DNA from: Thermoplasmata archaeon
GTDB lineage: Archaea; Thermoplasmatota; Thermoplasmata; Lutacidiplasmatales; UBA184
Length of the DNA: 64,000 bases
Direction of reading: 5' to 3'
Assembly: GCA_022749895.1 (NCBI GenBank)
Contig: JAKIWS010000001.1
Span: 7,891 to 71,890 of the forward strand
Shown here: positions 8,417-17,822 of the stretch, piece after piece
Numbering within the stretch: position 1 is the stretch's first letter
How the letters are laid out: each line of letters starts with the position of its first letter
The notes under the pieces: generated by a model
Seen by the model: the letters and a program-made list of their open reading frames with translations, nothing else
Database searches by the model: none
Told to the model about the DNA's origin: nothing
Position numbers and translations under genes: made by a program

Positions 8417-9597
8417 AAGCGGGGCTGGTCGCCCCCCTCGAGGGTGAACCCGGGGCGGGGCGGGAAGGCACCGACCGTCTCGGTCAGGCGGCCGGACCAC
8501 GCGGATCCGAGGGTCGCGGCGGCGTCTCCGTCGTCGGCGAGGACCTTCGCGAGGCGCGCCGCCGCTCCCCCCGCCCGCATCACGCCGAAGCCGTTGAAAC
8601 CGGTGATGACGTGCAGCTCCTCGGCGCCTCGAACGGCCCCGATGAACGGGTGGCGGTCGTGGGTCGAAGAGCAGACCCCCGCCCAGGCCGACACCGGCTC
8701 GGCCCCTCTCCATCCGGGGAACCGCGACTCGAAGGCACCGGCCAGGTGAGCCAGGAACTCCTGGTCGCCCTGAGAGGCGAACCGCTCCGGGTCCGCCTCG
8801 ACCTTCTCGGTCCCGTCGCCTGCCAGGATCCGTCCGTTCTCTTCAGGGCGAACGTACACATCGGTGTCGATGTCGTGGATCGTCGGGAACGTGGGTCGGA
8901 GTACCTCCGGTCGGAGCAAGGCGGCCTGCGTCCGGTACGGGGTGAGCGGCAGCGGATGGCCCAATCCGTTCAGGAGCGATTTGGACCAGGCCCCGGCGGC
9001 GACGATGACCGTGCGGGCGCGCAGCTCGAGCGCACCGACGCGAACCTCCCACCGACCGTCCCGGTATCTTCCCGGTTCGACGGGGGTTCCGAACTCGAAC
9101 CGGACCCCACGGCGGCGGGCCGCCTCGACGTAGCACCCCGCGATCGTGGACGGAGTTACGCACGCGTCGTCCGGGCCGTACATCGCCCCGAGGATGTCGC
9201 CGAACGACCCGTCCGGGACCAGGTTCGCGAGCTCGGTGGGCGTCGCGAACGACACGCGAACGCCCCACGCCCGGAGTCGTTCGACCGCCGCTTCGACGAC
9301 CGGGACCGCCTCGGGATTCCGGGTCACCCGTACGAAACCGTTCTGACGGTACGCCTCGGGCTGGGTCGACGCGCAGAGCTCGACATACTGCCGGTGACTT
9401 TCCCGCGTGACGTCGACGTCCCACCGGTCCCAGAGCTGCTCCGTGATCACGCCGGCGGCCCGACCCGTGGCGCCGGCGGCCGGCGTCCTCGGCTCGACGA
9501 CGACGATCGCGCCGACGGAACGAGCCGAAAGGTGGTACGCTAGGGCGGTGCCGGCGATCCCGGCTCCCAAGACCAGAAAGTCGGCCGATTCGCCCAC
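8413..9597 (-). CDS. FAD-dependent oxidoreductase (DAO / glycine-sarcosine oxidase-like)
   Basis: Rossmann motif DFLVLGAGIAGTALAYHL sits right after a GTG at 9597. The longer ORF-track start (9747) would overlap the xerA 3' end. Confidence 0.75.
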   Translation of the reverse strand: MGESADFLVLGAGIAGTALAYHLSARSVGAIVVVEPRTPAAGATGRAAGVITEQLWDRWDVDVTRESHRQYVELCASTQPEAYRQNGFVRVTRNPEAVPVVEAAVERLRAWGVRVSFATPTELANLVPDGSFGDILGAMYGPDDACVTPSTIAGCYVEAARRRGVRFEFGTPVEPGRYRDGRWEVRVGALELRARTVIVAAGAWSKSLLNGLGHPLPLTPYRTQAALLRPEVLRPTFPTIHDIDTDVYVRPEENGRILAGDGTEKVEADPERFASQGDQEFLAHLAGAFESRFPGWRGAEPVSAWAGVCSSTHDRHPFIGAVRGAEELHVITGFNGFGVMRAGGAAARLAKVLADDGDAAATLGSAWSGRLTETVGAFPPRPGFTLEGGDQPRF

Positions 9598-9623
9598 GCC
9601 GCGGCGGGGAGCGCGACGGGAGA

Positions 9624-10538
9624 TTAGTACTGGGGCTTCGCCCGCTGGTAGGCGGCGCGCAGCGCCGTCGTGTCGACGTGCGTGTAGATCTGGGTCGTGG
9701 CCACGGAAGCGTGACCGAGCAGCTTCTGGATGTACCGAATGTCGCACCCGCGGCTCAGCAGCGTCGTCGCGAGGGTGTGGCGGAGCATGTGCGGGGTCAC
9801 TCGGCGGGGGATCCCCGCACGTTGGGCCGCGCGCCGGACGACGCGTTCGACCGTGACCGCCCCGACGGGGAATAGGCGCGCCCGTACCTCCCCCGTGAGT
9901 GCGCGCTCGGTCAGGTACCGGTCGATCGCCGCGCGGCTCCGGTCCTCGAGTACGACCTCCCGGTCCCGGTCGCCCTTACCGGAGCGGATGTGGAGGAGGT
10001 TCCGCTCGAATTCGATGTCGTTGACCTCGAGATGGCAGAGCTCGCTCACGCGGAGCCCGCCGAATCCGAGCACGTGGACGATCGCGGAATCGCGCGGGGA
10101 ATCGTGGACCGATTCCAGCAGGCGGTGCATCTCGTCCTCGTTGAGGTAGTGCGGCAGCCGTTCGGGGCGGCGGGGCGCTTCGAGACCTTCGGCGATGCTC
10201 AGACCGAAGCTGCGAAAGAGGCACGTCAAGCCACGGACCGTGGTGTAGAGCGAGTTCTTGCTGTAGTGCCGCTGCAACACGAGGTACTCACGGAATCCGT
10301 CCAGGTCCTGGCGCGTGACCTCATCGAGCGGCTTCCCCGCGTAACCGAGGAACATGCGGGCGATGTGCCCGTACTGCTTCACCGTGCACGGGCTGCGCTC
10401 TTGCGACTGGAGCATCCTTTGGAACCGACCGACGACCTCGAGCGTCGTCGTCGAGACCGCCGGCGGCGTCGGCTTCGGGGAGGAAAAGTTCGCTCGGCCG
10501 CCTCCGACGCGGTCGCGCGATGGAGTTGCCGAGACCAT
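9624..10538 (-). CDS. xerA: Tyrosine recombinase XerA/XerC-like
   Basis: Catalytic pattern GLRVSEL ... HMLRHTLATTLL ... LLGHASVATTQIYTHV. The start is set at ATG 10538. The 523-aa ORF N-terminus is a shadow of the opposite-strand gene. Confidence 0.85.
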   Translation of the reverse strand: MVSATPSRDRVGGGRANFSSPKPTPPAVSTTTLEVVGRFQRMLQSQERSPCTVKQYGHIARMFLGYAGKPLDEVTRQDLDGFREYLVLQRHYSKNSLYTTVRGLTCLFRSFGLSIAEGLEAPRRPERLPHYLNEDEMHRLLESVHDSPRDSAIVHVLGFGGLRVSELCHLEVNDIEFERNLLHIRSGKGDRDREVVLEDRSRAAIDRYLTERALTGEVRARLFPVGAVTVERVVRRAAQRAGIPRRVTPHMLRHTLATTLLSRGCDIRYIQKLLGHASVATTQIYTHVDTTALRAAYQRAKPQY

Positions 10539-10565
10539 CGGCCAAGAGTTGGCCGGGTTGTGGCT

Positions 10566-10572
10566 GATAAAG
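10566..10572 (-). promoter_or_regulatory. Candidate TATA box for xerA
   Basis: The plus strand reads GATAAAG (minus CTTTATC), 28-34 nt upstream of the xerA ATG. Confidence 0.3.
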
Positions 10573-10607
10573 GATAGAGTCGAGTGGAAGGCGACGCGAC
10601 GGTGCGT

Positions 10608-10616
10608 CAAATATCC
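10608..10616 (+). promoter_or_regulatory. Candidate TATA box for the TtuA-like gene
   Basis: CAAATATCC lies 20-28 nt upstream of the GTG at 10636. Confidence 0.35.
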
Positions 10617-10635
10617 GGGCGTTTTCGGCGCATTT

Positions 10636-11571
10636 GTGCGGTGCGACGCGTGCCCCGAAGCCGCGGTGATCGACCAGCCGTACCGCGCGGCGCACCTCTG
10701 TGGCGCCCACTTCGCCACGTCGGTCCGGGAACGCGTTCGTCGCGAGCTCCACCGGCAATTGCCGGGATTTCCGGGAGGAACGGTCGCGGTCGCCCTCTCG
10801 GGCGGCAAAGATTCCGCTGTCGCCCTCACGCTTTGCCGGTCGTACTTCGAACGGCGCCCGAACGTTCGGTTGGTCGCGCTGACCGTTGACGAGGGGATCG
10901 CCGGGTACCGTTCCGGTACGATCGCGGCGGCGGCGGATCTCTCGAACCGTCTCGGTGTCGACCATCGCATCGTGCGGGCCCGCGATCGCCTGGGCACAAC
11001 GACTGACGAGGCCGCGCTCCGGCTTCCCGGAACGGCCCCGTGTTCGTTCTGCGGCGTCTGGCGTCGGGGGCTGCTCAACCGCGCCGCGCGGGAGCTTGGG
11101 GCCGACATCCTCGTCCTCGGTTTCAATCTCGACGATCTCGCCCAAACGGTCCTCATGAACATCGCCCGCGGCGACGTCGAACGGGTCGGCCGCATGGCGC
11201 CCCACCGCCGACGTCAGGCGTCCCTCGTCCCGCGGATCGCTCCGCTCGCGATGATCCCCGAGCGGGAGGTCTACCTGTTCGCGCGGCAGGAAGGCATCCC
11301 GTTCGACCACGGCGAGTGTCCGCACGCCGGGCGGGCCGGTCGGAACGTTTTCCGGGAGGTCGTCTGGCGTCTCGAGGAGGCGACGCCGGGTACGCGCCAC
11401 GCCCTCCTCCGAAGCCGCGAACGGATCACGGAGCTCCTCGAGTCTCGCTCGCCCCCCGCCCCGCCGCATCGGTGCGAGGTGTGCGGAGAACCGGCGAGCG
11501 GACTCCTCTGTCGGTCCTGCAGCTACCTGGAGCGTCGGCCGAAGGCGCTTATCTCTCAGCCGAGCTCGTGA
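10636..11571 (+). CDS. ttuA: PP-loop ATPase, tRNA 2-thiolation protein (TtuA/NcsA family)
   Basis: SGGKDS PP-loop. N-terminal zinc finger is CDAC...LCGAHF, internal CSFCGVWRR, C-terminal CEVCG...CRSC. The GTG at 10636 gives the family-typical M-R-C-x2-C N-terminus. The ORF-track start at 10354 overlaps xerA. Confidence 0.8.
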   Translation: MRCDACPEAAVIDQPYRAAHLCGAHFATSVRERVRRELHRQLPGFPGGTVAVALSGGKDSAVALTLCRSYFERRPNVRLVALTVDEGIAGYRSGTIAAAADLSNRLGVDHRIVRARDRLGTTTDEAALRLPGTAPCSFCGVWRRGLLNRAARELGADILVLGFNLDDLAQTVLMNIARGDVERVGRMAPHRRRQASLVPRIAPLAMIPEREVYLFARQEGIPFDHGECPHAGRAGRNVFREVVWRLEEATPGTRHALLRSRERITELLESRSPPAPPHRCEVCGEPASGLLCRSCSYLERRPKALISQPSS

Positions 11572-12506
11572 CGAGCGTGACGCCGGCAGCTCCCGCGTCC
11601 GCCGTCGACAGCGACCCCCGCTCCTCGGTCCGACACCGCGTCTTCGTGGTCGGCGCGGGGATCATGGGGAGCGGCATCGCCGCCCAGGCCGCGCTCGCCG
11701 GCTACGCGGTCACGCTAGAGGATGTCTCGGAGGAGCTCGCGGCGCGAGGACGGCGCCTCGTCGAAGAGGCCCTGGACGGAGTCGTGCAGCGAGGGAAACT
11801 GGCCCCATCGGCCCGCGAGGAGGGCCTCCGGAATCTCGATGTCGCGATCGGCCTACGACGGGCCGACTCCGCCGAGATAATCGTCGAGGCGGCGCCCGAG
11901 AGCCTGGAGCTCAAGAAGCGGCTGTTCGCGGAGATCGAATCGGTGGCGAGCCCTCAGGCGATCCTGGCGACGAACACCTCGTCCCTCCCGATCACGTCCA
12001 TCGCCGCCGCGGTGCGCGACCCCGGCCGCGTCGTGGGCCTCCATTTCTTCAATCCCGTCCTCGCGATGCCCCTGGTCGAGCTGATCCCCGGGGCCCGAAC
12101 GCGCCCGGAGGTCACGGAGGCAGCCCGCGCATTCGCCACGGACCTCGGCAAGCGCGTCGTCACTTCGCGCGACACTCCGGGGTTCGTCACGTCGCGCGCC
12201 CTCGCCGTGCTCGGCAACGAGGCGGTGTGGATGCTCTACGAGGGGACGGCCTCGCGCGATGACATCGACGCCGCCTACAAGCTCGGGTTCCGCCACCCGA
12301 TGGGGCCCCTCGAGCTGCTCGACCTGGTGGGGCTCGATACCGCGCTCGCGATCCTCGACATCCTCTGGGACGGATTCAAAGACACGAAGTACCGGGCCTG
12401 CCCTCTCCTCCGGACGATGGTCGCCGCCGGGAAGCTCGGCCGCAAGACGGGGGAAGGGTTCTACACCCACCCCACCACCCCGTCCGTCGCCGGGGGCACC
12501 GCGTGA
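11568..12506 (+). CDS. 3-hydroxyacyl-CoA (3-hydroxybutyryl-CoA) dehydrogenase
   Basis: VFVVGAGIMGSGIA Rossmann motif, TNTSSLPIT, GLHFFNP, GFVTSR. The GTG start overlaps the ttuA stop (GTGA); the exact start is uncertain by a few codons. Confidence 0.85.
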   Translation: MTSVTPAAPASAVDSDPRSSVRHRVFVVGAGIMGSGIAAQAALAGYAVTLEDVSEELAARGRRLVEEALDGVVQRGKLAPSAREEGLRNLDVAIGLRRADSAEIIVEAAPESLELKKRLFAEIESVASPQAILATNTSSLPITSIAAAVRDPGRVVGLHFFNPVLAMPLVELIPGARTRPEVTEAARAFATDLGKRVVTSRDTPGFVTSRALAVLGNEAVWMLYEGTASRDDIDAAYKLGFRHPMGPLELLDLVGLDTALAILDILWDGFKDTKYRACPLLRTMVAAGKLGRKTGEGFYTHPTTPSVAGGTA

Positions 12507-13357
12507 CCGACTTCGGGGCGTTCTGGGACCTGGTCATCCTCGTCCTCGCCGCGCTGCTCCCGGCGCTGCTGTACCTCGCCTGGGTGCGGAAATCCGAGCG
12601 GTTCATGGCGGAACCGTGGAGCGCGCTCCTGAGCTCCTTCGCGTACGGCGCGATCGTCGCGACGCTCGTCTCCGCCACGCTCGAAGTCATCCTCGTCGCC
12701 CTCGGGACCGCGGTCTCCCACTCGTTCCCGGCGCCGGAGTTCACGTTCCTCAACGGCAACTCGTCGGCCGGCCTCTTCTTCCTCGTCCTCGTCATCGCGC
12801 CGTTCGTCGAAGAGGGGCTCAAGGCGTCGGGCGTGGTCCGCGCCGGCGCCCGGTTCCGCCTCGTCAGCGACGGGCCGGTCTTCGGCGCGAGCGTCGGCCT
12901 CGGTTTCGGCTTCTTCGAAACTCTGCTCTACGGGCTGGGCGCCTTCCTGACCGGGGGCCTCGCCGCCGGCCTCGGCCTGATCTTCATCCGAAGCCTGTCG
13001 AGCGTGCTGCTGCACGGCAGCACCACCGCGATGTTCGGCTACGGCTACGCGCAGGCGAAGTTCCGCGGCGGCGGGTACACGACCGCGGGGTACTACTTCC
13101 TCGCCGTGCTCATGCACGCGTCGTTCAACGCCCTCGCCTCGCTCTCCGCGATCCTCCTCGCGGTCCACGTGAACGTCCTCACCAGCAGCCAGGCCGACGT
13201 GATCGGCCTCGTCCTCGCGATCACCTACGCCTTCGCGGCGATCGAGCACGCCCGTTCCGTCATCGCCCGCACCAACTTCCCCGGGGCCTCGGCGCCGCAC
13301 CCGCGGTATCGCCCCCCTCCGGTCAAACCCCGCACCGACCCGACACGGAACCGGTAA
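12503..13357 (+). CDS. prsW: PrsW-family intramembrane metalloprotease
   Basis: Multi-TM protein with PFVEEGLK and LLHGSTTAMFGYG motifs. The GTG start overlaps the preceding stop. Confidence 0.75.
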   Translation: MTDFGAFWDLVILVLAALLPALLYLAWVRKSERFMAEPWSALLSSFAYGAIVATLVSATLEVILVALGTAVSHSFPAPEFTFLNGNSSAGLFFLVLVIAPFVEEGLKASGVVRAGARFRLVSDGPVFGASVGLGFGFFETLLYGLGAFLTGGLAAGLGLIFIRSLSSVLLHGSTTAMFGYGYAQAKFRGGGYTTAGYYFLAVLMHASFNALASLSAILLAVHVNVLTSSQADVIGLVLAITYAFAAIEHARSVIARTNFPGASAPHPRYRPPPVKPRTDPTRNR

Positions 13358-13372
13358 ACGGGCGACCCGACG

Positions 13373-13960
13373 ATGATCCGCTCCAACCGACCGCGCCGCG
13401 CCCGTTTCCTCGTGGTCGTGCCCGGCGTCGGGGCGGTCCTCGCACTCCTCGTCGGCCTCGCCTACTGTTCCGCGAGCCGACCCCGCGCCGATGCCCGCCC
13501 CGAAGTGACCGCATTCGGGGCGTAGTTCGCCTTCGGTCCCCTCGCGCGGGGAGGTTCGACGGGCGTCTACTACGCGACTGTGAAACCGGGAGCTTCCGGC
13601 GGGACCGATGTTCCCCTACCGCCCCCGCTGGCCCGTCTCGGTTTTGCGGCCACCGGCGGGGACGGATCGGCGCTCGCGCTCCGGGCGGTCTGCATCGTGG
13701 CCGCGAACGGGACCGTTCTCGGCACGTACTCGGGCGCCAGCGGTGGTTGGGCGACCCAAGCTTCGGCGACGCCCCCCACCTGCCAGGGTGGTTCCACCCT
13801 TGCGGGGAACCTCCCCCCGGGGTCGATCAGCCTCACGGTCGGGTCGATGGTGTTCTACGAACTCCCCGTCGGCGCCGGGGCGGGGACGACCGTTTGGATG
13901 TCCGCGCGTCCGACCCCGGGCGGAGGGTGGGACGGGTCGATCTCCCAGACGATGGCCTGA
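13373..13960 (+). pseudogene. Signal-anchored secreted protein interrupted by an in-frame TAG (13523-13525), or two separate small ORFs (13373..13525 and 13580..13960)
   Basis: The ATG at 13373 gives MIRSNRPRRARFLVVVPGVGAVLALLVGLAY... . The same frame continues after the TAG into ORF 13580..13960. G/C-ending codons dominate on both sides of the stop. Confidence 0.35.
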
Positions 13961-13980
13961 GGGCGCTCCGCCGCGGAAAC

Positions 13981-14385
13981 CTACGCGGGTTTCGAGGGGG
14001 GTGGGGCGGGCTTCTCGCTCCGGTTCCACTCGCTGTCGCCGATGTCCCGGTAGATGGTCGCGACCTCGGAATCCGGGCTCGGGCTGCTCTGCTGGCCGAC
14101 GTCGCGGATGCGGTCCTTCTTGAGCAGCCAGTAGTGGATCCTCCACGTCTTGCCGCGGGAGACGGTCGCGTCCTCCTCTTCGCTCGATAGGAGCCCCTCC
14201 TCCTCCAACCGGTAGAACCGGTCCCGGTCCTCGCTCGAGAGCTTGTTGTCGAGGACGGAATCGTCGAGGCCGAAGTAGCCGAGCACCATCCGCGCCGTCG
14301 GCTTCGCCTGGTCCGGCGGGATCTTCCCGTGCGCGACGAGCGTCCGCTCGAGCGCGCGGGTGAGCTCTTCCTCGGTAATGGCCAT
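13981..14385 (-). CDS. Conserved-looking hypothetical protein (acidic, cytoplasmic)
   Basis: 134-aa ORF with good G/C third-position bias, divergent from pus10. I recognise no motif. Confidence 0.45.
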   Translation of the reverse strand: MAITEEELTRALERTLVAHGKIPPDQAKPTARMVLGYFGLDDSVLDNKLSSEDRDRFYRLEEEGLLSSEEEDATVSRGKTWRIHYWLLKKDRIRDVGQQSSPSPDSEVATIYRDIGDSEWNRSEKPAPPPSKPA

Positions 14386-14506
14386 CGGGACGACCTCGGT
14401 CCGGGAGCCCGGCGGCGCGTAAGAGGTTTCGGTTCTTCTCGAAGGAACCCGGGGGTGCGCCGAGAGGCAAGGTCATCTTCCCGAGCGGGTCGGCGCCGGC
14501 GCGGCA

Positions 14507-15766
14507 ATGAAGGGGGGAGGGGAGGGCGTGCCACCCTCGCCCGTCGACTTTGCGATCGACGCGGAATTGCTCAAGGTCGTCGACCACGGGCGCGACCTCG
14601 GCCTGTGCGCCGAGTGCTTTGGCCGGGTCGTCGGCCGTTACGGCCACGGTCTCACGAACCCGGAGCGCGCCGAGCGGCTCGCGGTGCCCGGGAGCCTTCC
14701 CCCGTTCCCCCCCACCGCGACCTGTGCCCTCTGCCGGGGCGGCTTCGACCGGTGGAGCACCTGGGTCGACCGGATCGAGCGGGCCGCCGACGGGATCGAG
14801 TGGAGCACGTTCTCCTGCGGCTGCCGCTGGGACCCGGAGATCCTCGCGCACGAGGAGCTCATCTGGAGCAAGGTCGGAAGCCAGTGGGGCGAGAGCGCCC
14901 GGAGCGCGTTCAACCGGGAGCTCGGGAAGCGCGTCGAAGCACGAACCGGCAAGATCGGAGGTTCGGGTCCGGCGGACGTCGTGTTCGTCGCCGACCTCAT
15001 GGTCGGGCGCGTGGAGGTCACGATACGTCCGATCTACCTGAGCGGTCGGTACGTGAAGCTCGACCGGACGATCCCCCAGACCCGGTGGCCGTGCCGCTCC
15101 TGCCACGGCCGCGGCTGCACCCGGTGCGAGGGTACCGGCAAGATGTACCCGACGAGCGTGGAGGAGCTCATCGCGGCGCCGATCCTGGCGGTCACGGAGG
15201 GGCGGGGGACCCGGTTCCACGGCATGGGCCGGGAAGACATCGACGCCCGCATGCTCGGCGACGGGCGCCCGTTCGTCCTCGAAATCCTGACCCCGCGGCG
15301 GCGGACGGTGGACCCGGCGGCGTTGCAGGCGGAGATCCAGCGCACGGCGGAGGGCCGGGTGGAGGTACGGGGTCTCGCCGTCGGCGCGGCCGCGGACGTG
15401 GCCCGGGTGAAGGAGGCCCGGCCGTCGAAAAGCTACCGGGTCGTGGTGCGCGGCGAGGCGCCCCGGGACAAGATTAATGAGGCCCTGAAGCTCGCCGTCG
15501 ACCGAGCGATCGCCCAGCGAACGCCCACCCGCGTCGCCCACCGGCGCTCCGACCGCGTACGTACGCGCCGGATCGTCGCGGTCGATCTGGTGGCGGTCGA
15601 CCCCGGGCGGTTCACGCTCGAGCTGCGCGCGGAAGCGGGCACGTACATCAAGGAGTGGGTCGAAGGCGATGGCGGGCGTACCGAACCGAGCCTCGCCCAC
15701 AGCCTCGGGCGGCCGCTCAGCGTCGAATCGCTCGACGTGATCGCGATCCACGACGCGGAGATGTAA
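14507..15766 (+). CDS. pus10: tRNA pseudouridine(54/55) synthase Pus10
   Basis: Zinc motifs CAEC, CALC and CRSCHGRGCTRCEGTG, plus the catalytic region FHGMGREDIDARMLGDGRPFVLEI. Confidence 0.88.
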   Translation: MKGGGEGVPPSPVDFAIDAELLKVVDHGRDLGLCAECFGRVVGRYGHGLTNPERAERLAVPGSLPPFPPTATCALCRGGFDRWSTWVDRIERAADGIEWSTFSCGCRWDPEILAHEELIWSKVGSQWGESARSAFNRELGKRVEARTGKIGGSGPADVVFVADLMVGRVEVTIRPIYLSGRYVKLDRTIPQTRWPCRSCHGRGCTRCEGTGKMYPTSVEELIAAPILAVTEGRGTRFHGMGREDIDARMLGDGRPFVLEILTPRRRTVDPAALQAEIQRTAEGRVEVRGLAVGAAADVARVKEARPSKSYRVVVRGEAPRDKINEALKLAVDRAIAQRTPTRVAHRRSDRVRTRRIVAVDLVAVDPGRFTLELRAEAGTYIKEWVEGDGGRTEPSLAHSLGRPLSVESLDVIAIHDAEM

Positions 15767-15767
15767 G

Positions 15768-16070
15768 ATGGTCAAGAGTTCCAAAGGGTTCCGCTCCCGC
15801 ACCCGCGGGACGCTCACGAAGGAGGCCCGCGAGCGGGGGATGCCCCCGATCACGCGGTTCCTGCGGGCGTTCGAGATCGGTTCGCGCGTCGTGGTCCGCT
15901 TGGAAGCGTCGGACCCCCACGGCCAGCCGCACCCGCGGTACCAGGGCCGAACCTGCACGGTCGTCGCCAAGGTCGGTCGGGCGTACCGGCTCGAGTTCCT
16001 GGACGGCGGCAAGCGGAAGCAATTGATCGCGAACCCGGTCCACCTGGACCCGGCCGGAGGAGGTCCTTAG
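15768..16070 (+). CDS. rpl21e: 50S ribosomal protein L21e
   Basis: MVKSSKGFRSRTRGTL...PHPRYQGRTCTVV. Confidence 0.92.
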   Translation: MVKSSKGFRSRTRGTLTKEARERGMPPITRFLRAFEIGSRVVVRLEASDPHGQPHPRYQGRTCTVVAKVGRAYRLEFLDGGKRKQLIANPVHLDPAGGGP

Positions 16071-16071
16071 G

Positions 16072-16386
16072 ATGCCGGACCCGGTCCCGGTCTCCAAGGT
16101 GCGGGGTCTGCTCGCCGAGGAAGCGGCCCGGCGAACGCTCCCCCGCGAAGCGACGCTCGCGCTCCAGCATGCCGAGCTGTTCCACCGGCTGACCCCGGAA
16201 CAGACGGAGAAGCTGATCGCGGAGCTCCGCACGATCCCGTTCATCGACGCCAACCTGGCCGTCAAGCTCGCCGACGTGCTCCCCCAGTACCCGGAAGAGA
16301 TTCGCCTCCTGGTCGCCAAAGAGCGGGTTCTCCTCGACGAGGCGCAGTTGACGCGCCTCCTGGAGATCATCGCGCAGAACCGATGA
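16072..16386 (+). CDS. rpoF: DNA-directed RNA polymerase subunit F (Rpo4)
   Basis: Size, position after rpl21e and an Rpb4-like helical pattern (LAVKLADVLPQYPEEIRLL). Confidence 0.75.
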   Translation: MPDPVPVSKVRGLLAEEAARRTLPREATLALQHAELFHRLTPEQTEKLIAELRTIPFIDANLAVKLADVLPQYPEEIRLLVAKERVLLDEAQLTRLLEIIAQNR

Positions 16387-16402
16387 ACGGGGGGCCAGCC
16401 TT

Positions 16403-16948
16403 GTGGAGAGCTCCGCGTACGTCCTCGATTACTTGCCGAACGGCCGTCAAACCGAGCGCGGCTTCCACAAGGAACCGCTCGCGATCGGCCTCGGCGTAAC
16501 GGAGCTCAAGCTCCTCGAGATCGTCCCGAAGCCCGGGCGACCGCTCAAGACCGGCGAGCGGATCCCGCTGCTCCCGGTCGGTACGGAGCTGCCGCCGATC
16601 GACCACGTGCGCCGCCGGCTCGGCTACGAGGAACTGACGACGGCCGCGCGCACGGAGCTCGAGCCCGCGCTGGAAGCCCTGGTGCTCGCGGAGGCGCCGC
16701 GCTTCCTCAAGTTCTTCAACGAGGCCCCCGCGGTCTCGCGGCGCTTCCACCTGCTCGAGCTGCTCCCCGGCATCGGGAAGAAGACGATGCAGGCGATCGT
16801 CGACGAGCGGCGGAAGGCGCCGTTCACGAGCTTTGACGAACTCTCCCGGCGCCTGCGCCTTCCGAACCCGGAGCGCCTCATCGTCGCCCGGATCGAGCAG
16901 GAGCTGAGCGGTGCGGCGGACAAGTACCGGCTCTTCGTCGTCCCCTAG
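16403..16948 (+). CDS. DUF655-family HhH nucleic-acid-binding protein
   Basis: GTG start. AYVLDYLPNGR N-terminus and LLELLPGIGKKTMQAIVDER helix-hairpin-helix. It holds the conserved position between rpoF and ksgA. Confidence 0.8.
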   Translation: MESSAYVLDYLPNGRQTERGFHKEPLAIGLGVTELKLLEIVPKPGRPLKTGERIPLLPVGTELPPIDHVRRRLGYEELTTAARTELEPALEALVLAEAPRFLKFFNEAPAVSRRFHLLELLPGIGKKTMQAIVDERRKAPFTSFDELSRRLRLPNPERLIVARIEQELSGAADKYRLFVVP

Positions 16949-16964
16949 GCCCGTTCCGCCGCCG

Positions 16965-17822
16965 GTGGGCCGCGCCCCCACCACCCCGCGGGAGGTCGAG
17001 GCCACCCTCCGGGAGCTCGGCGTGCGGCCGTCGCGCCGCCTGGGACAATCGTTCCTCTGGGACGCTTTCGCCGCCGACGCGGAGGCGGCGCTGGCCGCCA
17101 CCGACCCAGGAACACCGGTCGTGGAGATCGGCGGCGGGCTCGGCATCCTCACCGAGGCCTTGCTCCGACGTGGCGTCGGCCCTCTCGTCATTGTCGAGCG
17201 CGACCCGCGCCTGGTCACCCACCTCCGCCGCCTCGTCGCCGGGCGGGCCCGGGTCGTCCACGGGGACGCCCTGACGTACCGGTTCGAGGGTGTGGGCGTG
17301 GTCGTCGGCAATCTGCCGTTCTCGATCGCGACGCCGCTCCTCCTCCGGCTCTTCGCGGCGCGGGTGCCCCGGGTCGTCGCCCTGATCCAGAAGGAGGTCG
17401 CCCGGCGCTTCGCTGCCGGGCCTGGTTCCAAGGCCTACGGTCGGTTGAGCCTGGTCGCCTGCCTCTATGGGACTCCCGAACTGTTCCGGACCGTCCCCTC
17501 GACCGCGTTCACGCCCCAACCGGAGGTCGACGGCCAGATCCTCGTCCACACCGGCCGCGCCGATCCGCTCCCCGTGCCGTCGGTGGAGGGCTTCGAGCTC
17601 GTCGTTCGCCTGCTCTTCGGGCAGCGTCGCAAGAAGCTGGCCAATCTGCTGCCGCGGGTCGTCGGCGACCCCCAGCGCGCCGCCGAGCTCGCCCGGAGCG
17701 CCCGGTGGCCGGACGACTGGCAGGGCCGCCGTCCGGAATCGCTCCCCCCGGAAGCGTACTTTCGGATGGCGACGGCGCTCGCCGCGGCGGAGGGGGGGCG
17801 GTCCCCCGGGCCAGCACCTTAA
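16965..17822 (+). CDS. rsmA: 16S rRNA (adenine-N6,N6)-dimethyltransferase RsmA/KsgA
   Basis: LGQSFL, EIGGGLGILT, GNLPFSI motifs. The GTG at 16965 avoids overlap with the DUF655 gene. Confidence 0.88.
   Translation: MGRAPTTPREVEATLRELGVRPSRRLGQSFLWDAFAADAEAALAATDPGTPVVEIGGGLGILTEALLRRGVGPLVIVERDPRLVTHLRRLVAGRARVVHGDALTYRFEGVGVVVGNLPFSIATPLLLRLFAARVPRVVALIQKEVARRFAAGPGSKAYGRLSLVACLYGTPELFRTVPSTAFTPQPEVDGQILVHTGRADPLPVPSVEGFELVVRLLFGQRRKKLANLLPRVVGDPQRAAELARSARWPDDWQGRRPESLPPEAYFRMATALAAAEGGRSPGPAP

Noticed and set aside
13523-13525. The in-frame TAG as pyrrolysine or general amber recoding.
   Set aside because: TAG terminates several clearly complete genes in this window (thermosome, DUF655, aldo/keto reductase, thioredoxin-like). 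No pyl genes are visible here. It is kept only as a pseudogene/readthrough question in the findings.
13616-16012. 798-aa minus-strand ORF antisense to pus10/rpl21e. Similar giant ORFs lie at 22532..24361 (antisense to the thermosome gene), 53274..55706, 4348..6435, 15717..16370, 24850..26217, 62478..63911 and elsewhere.
   Set aside because: They are Arg/Pro/Gly-rich low-complexity translations with no motifs, and they lie opposite genes with unambiguous family signatures. This is the typical stop-codon-poor shadow-ORF pattern of high-GC DNA.
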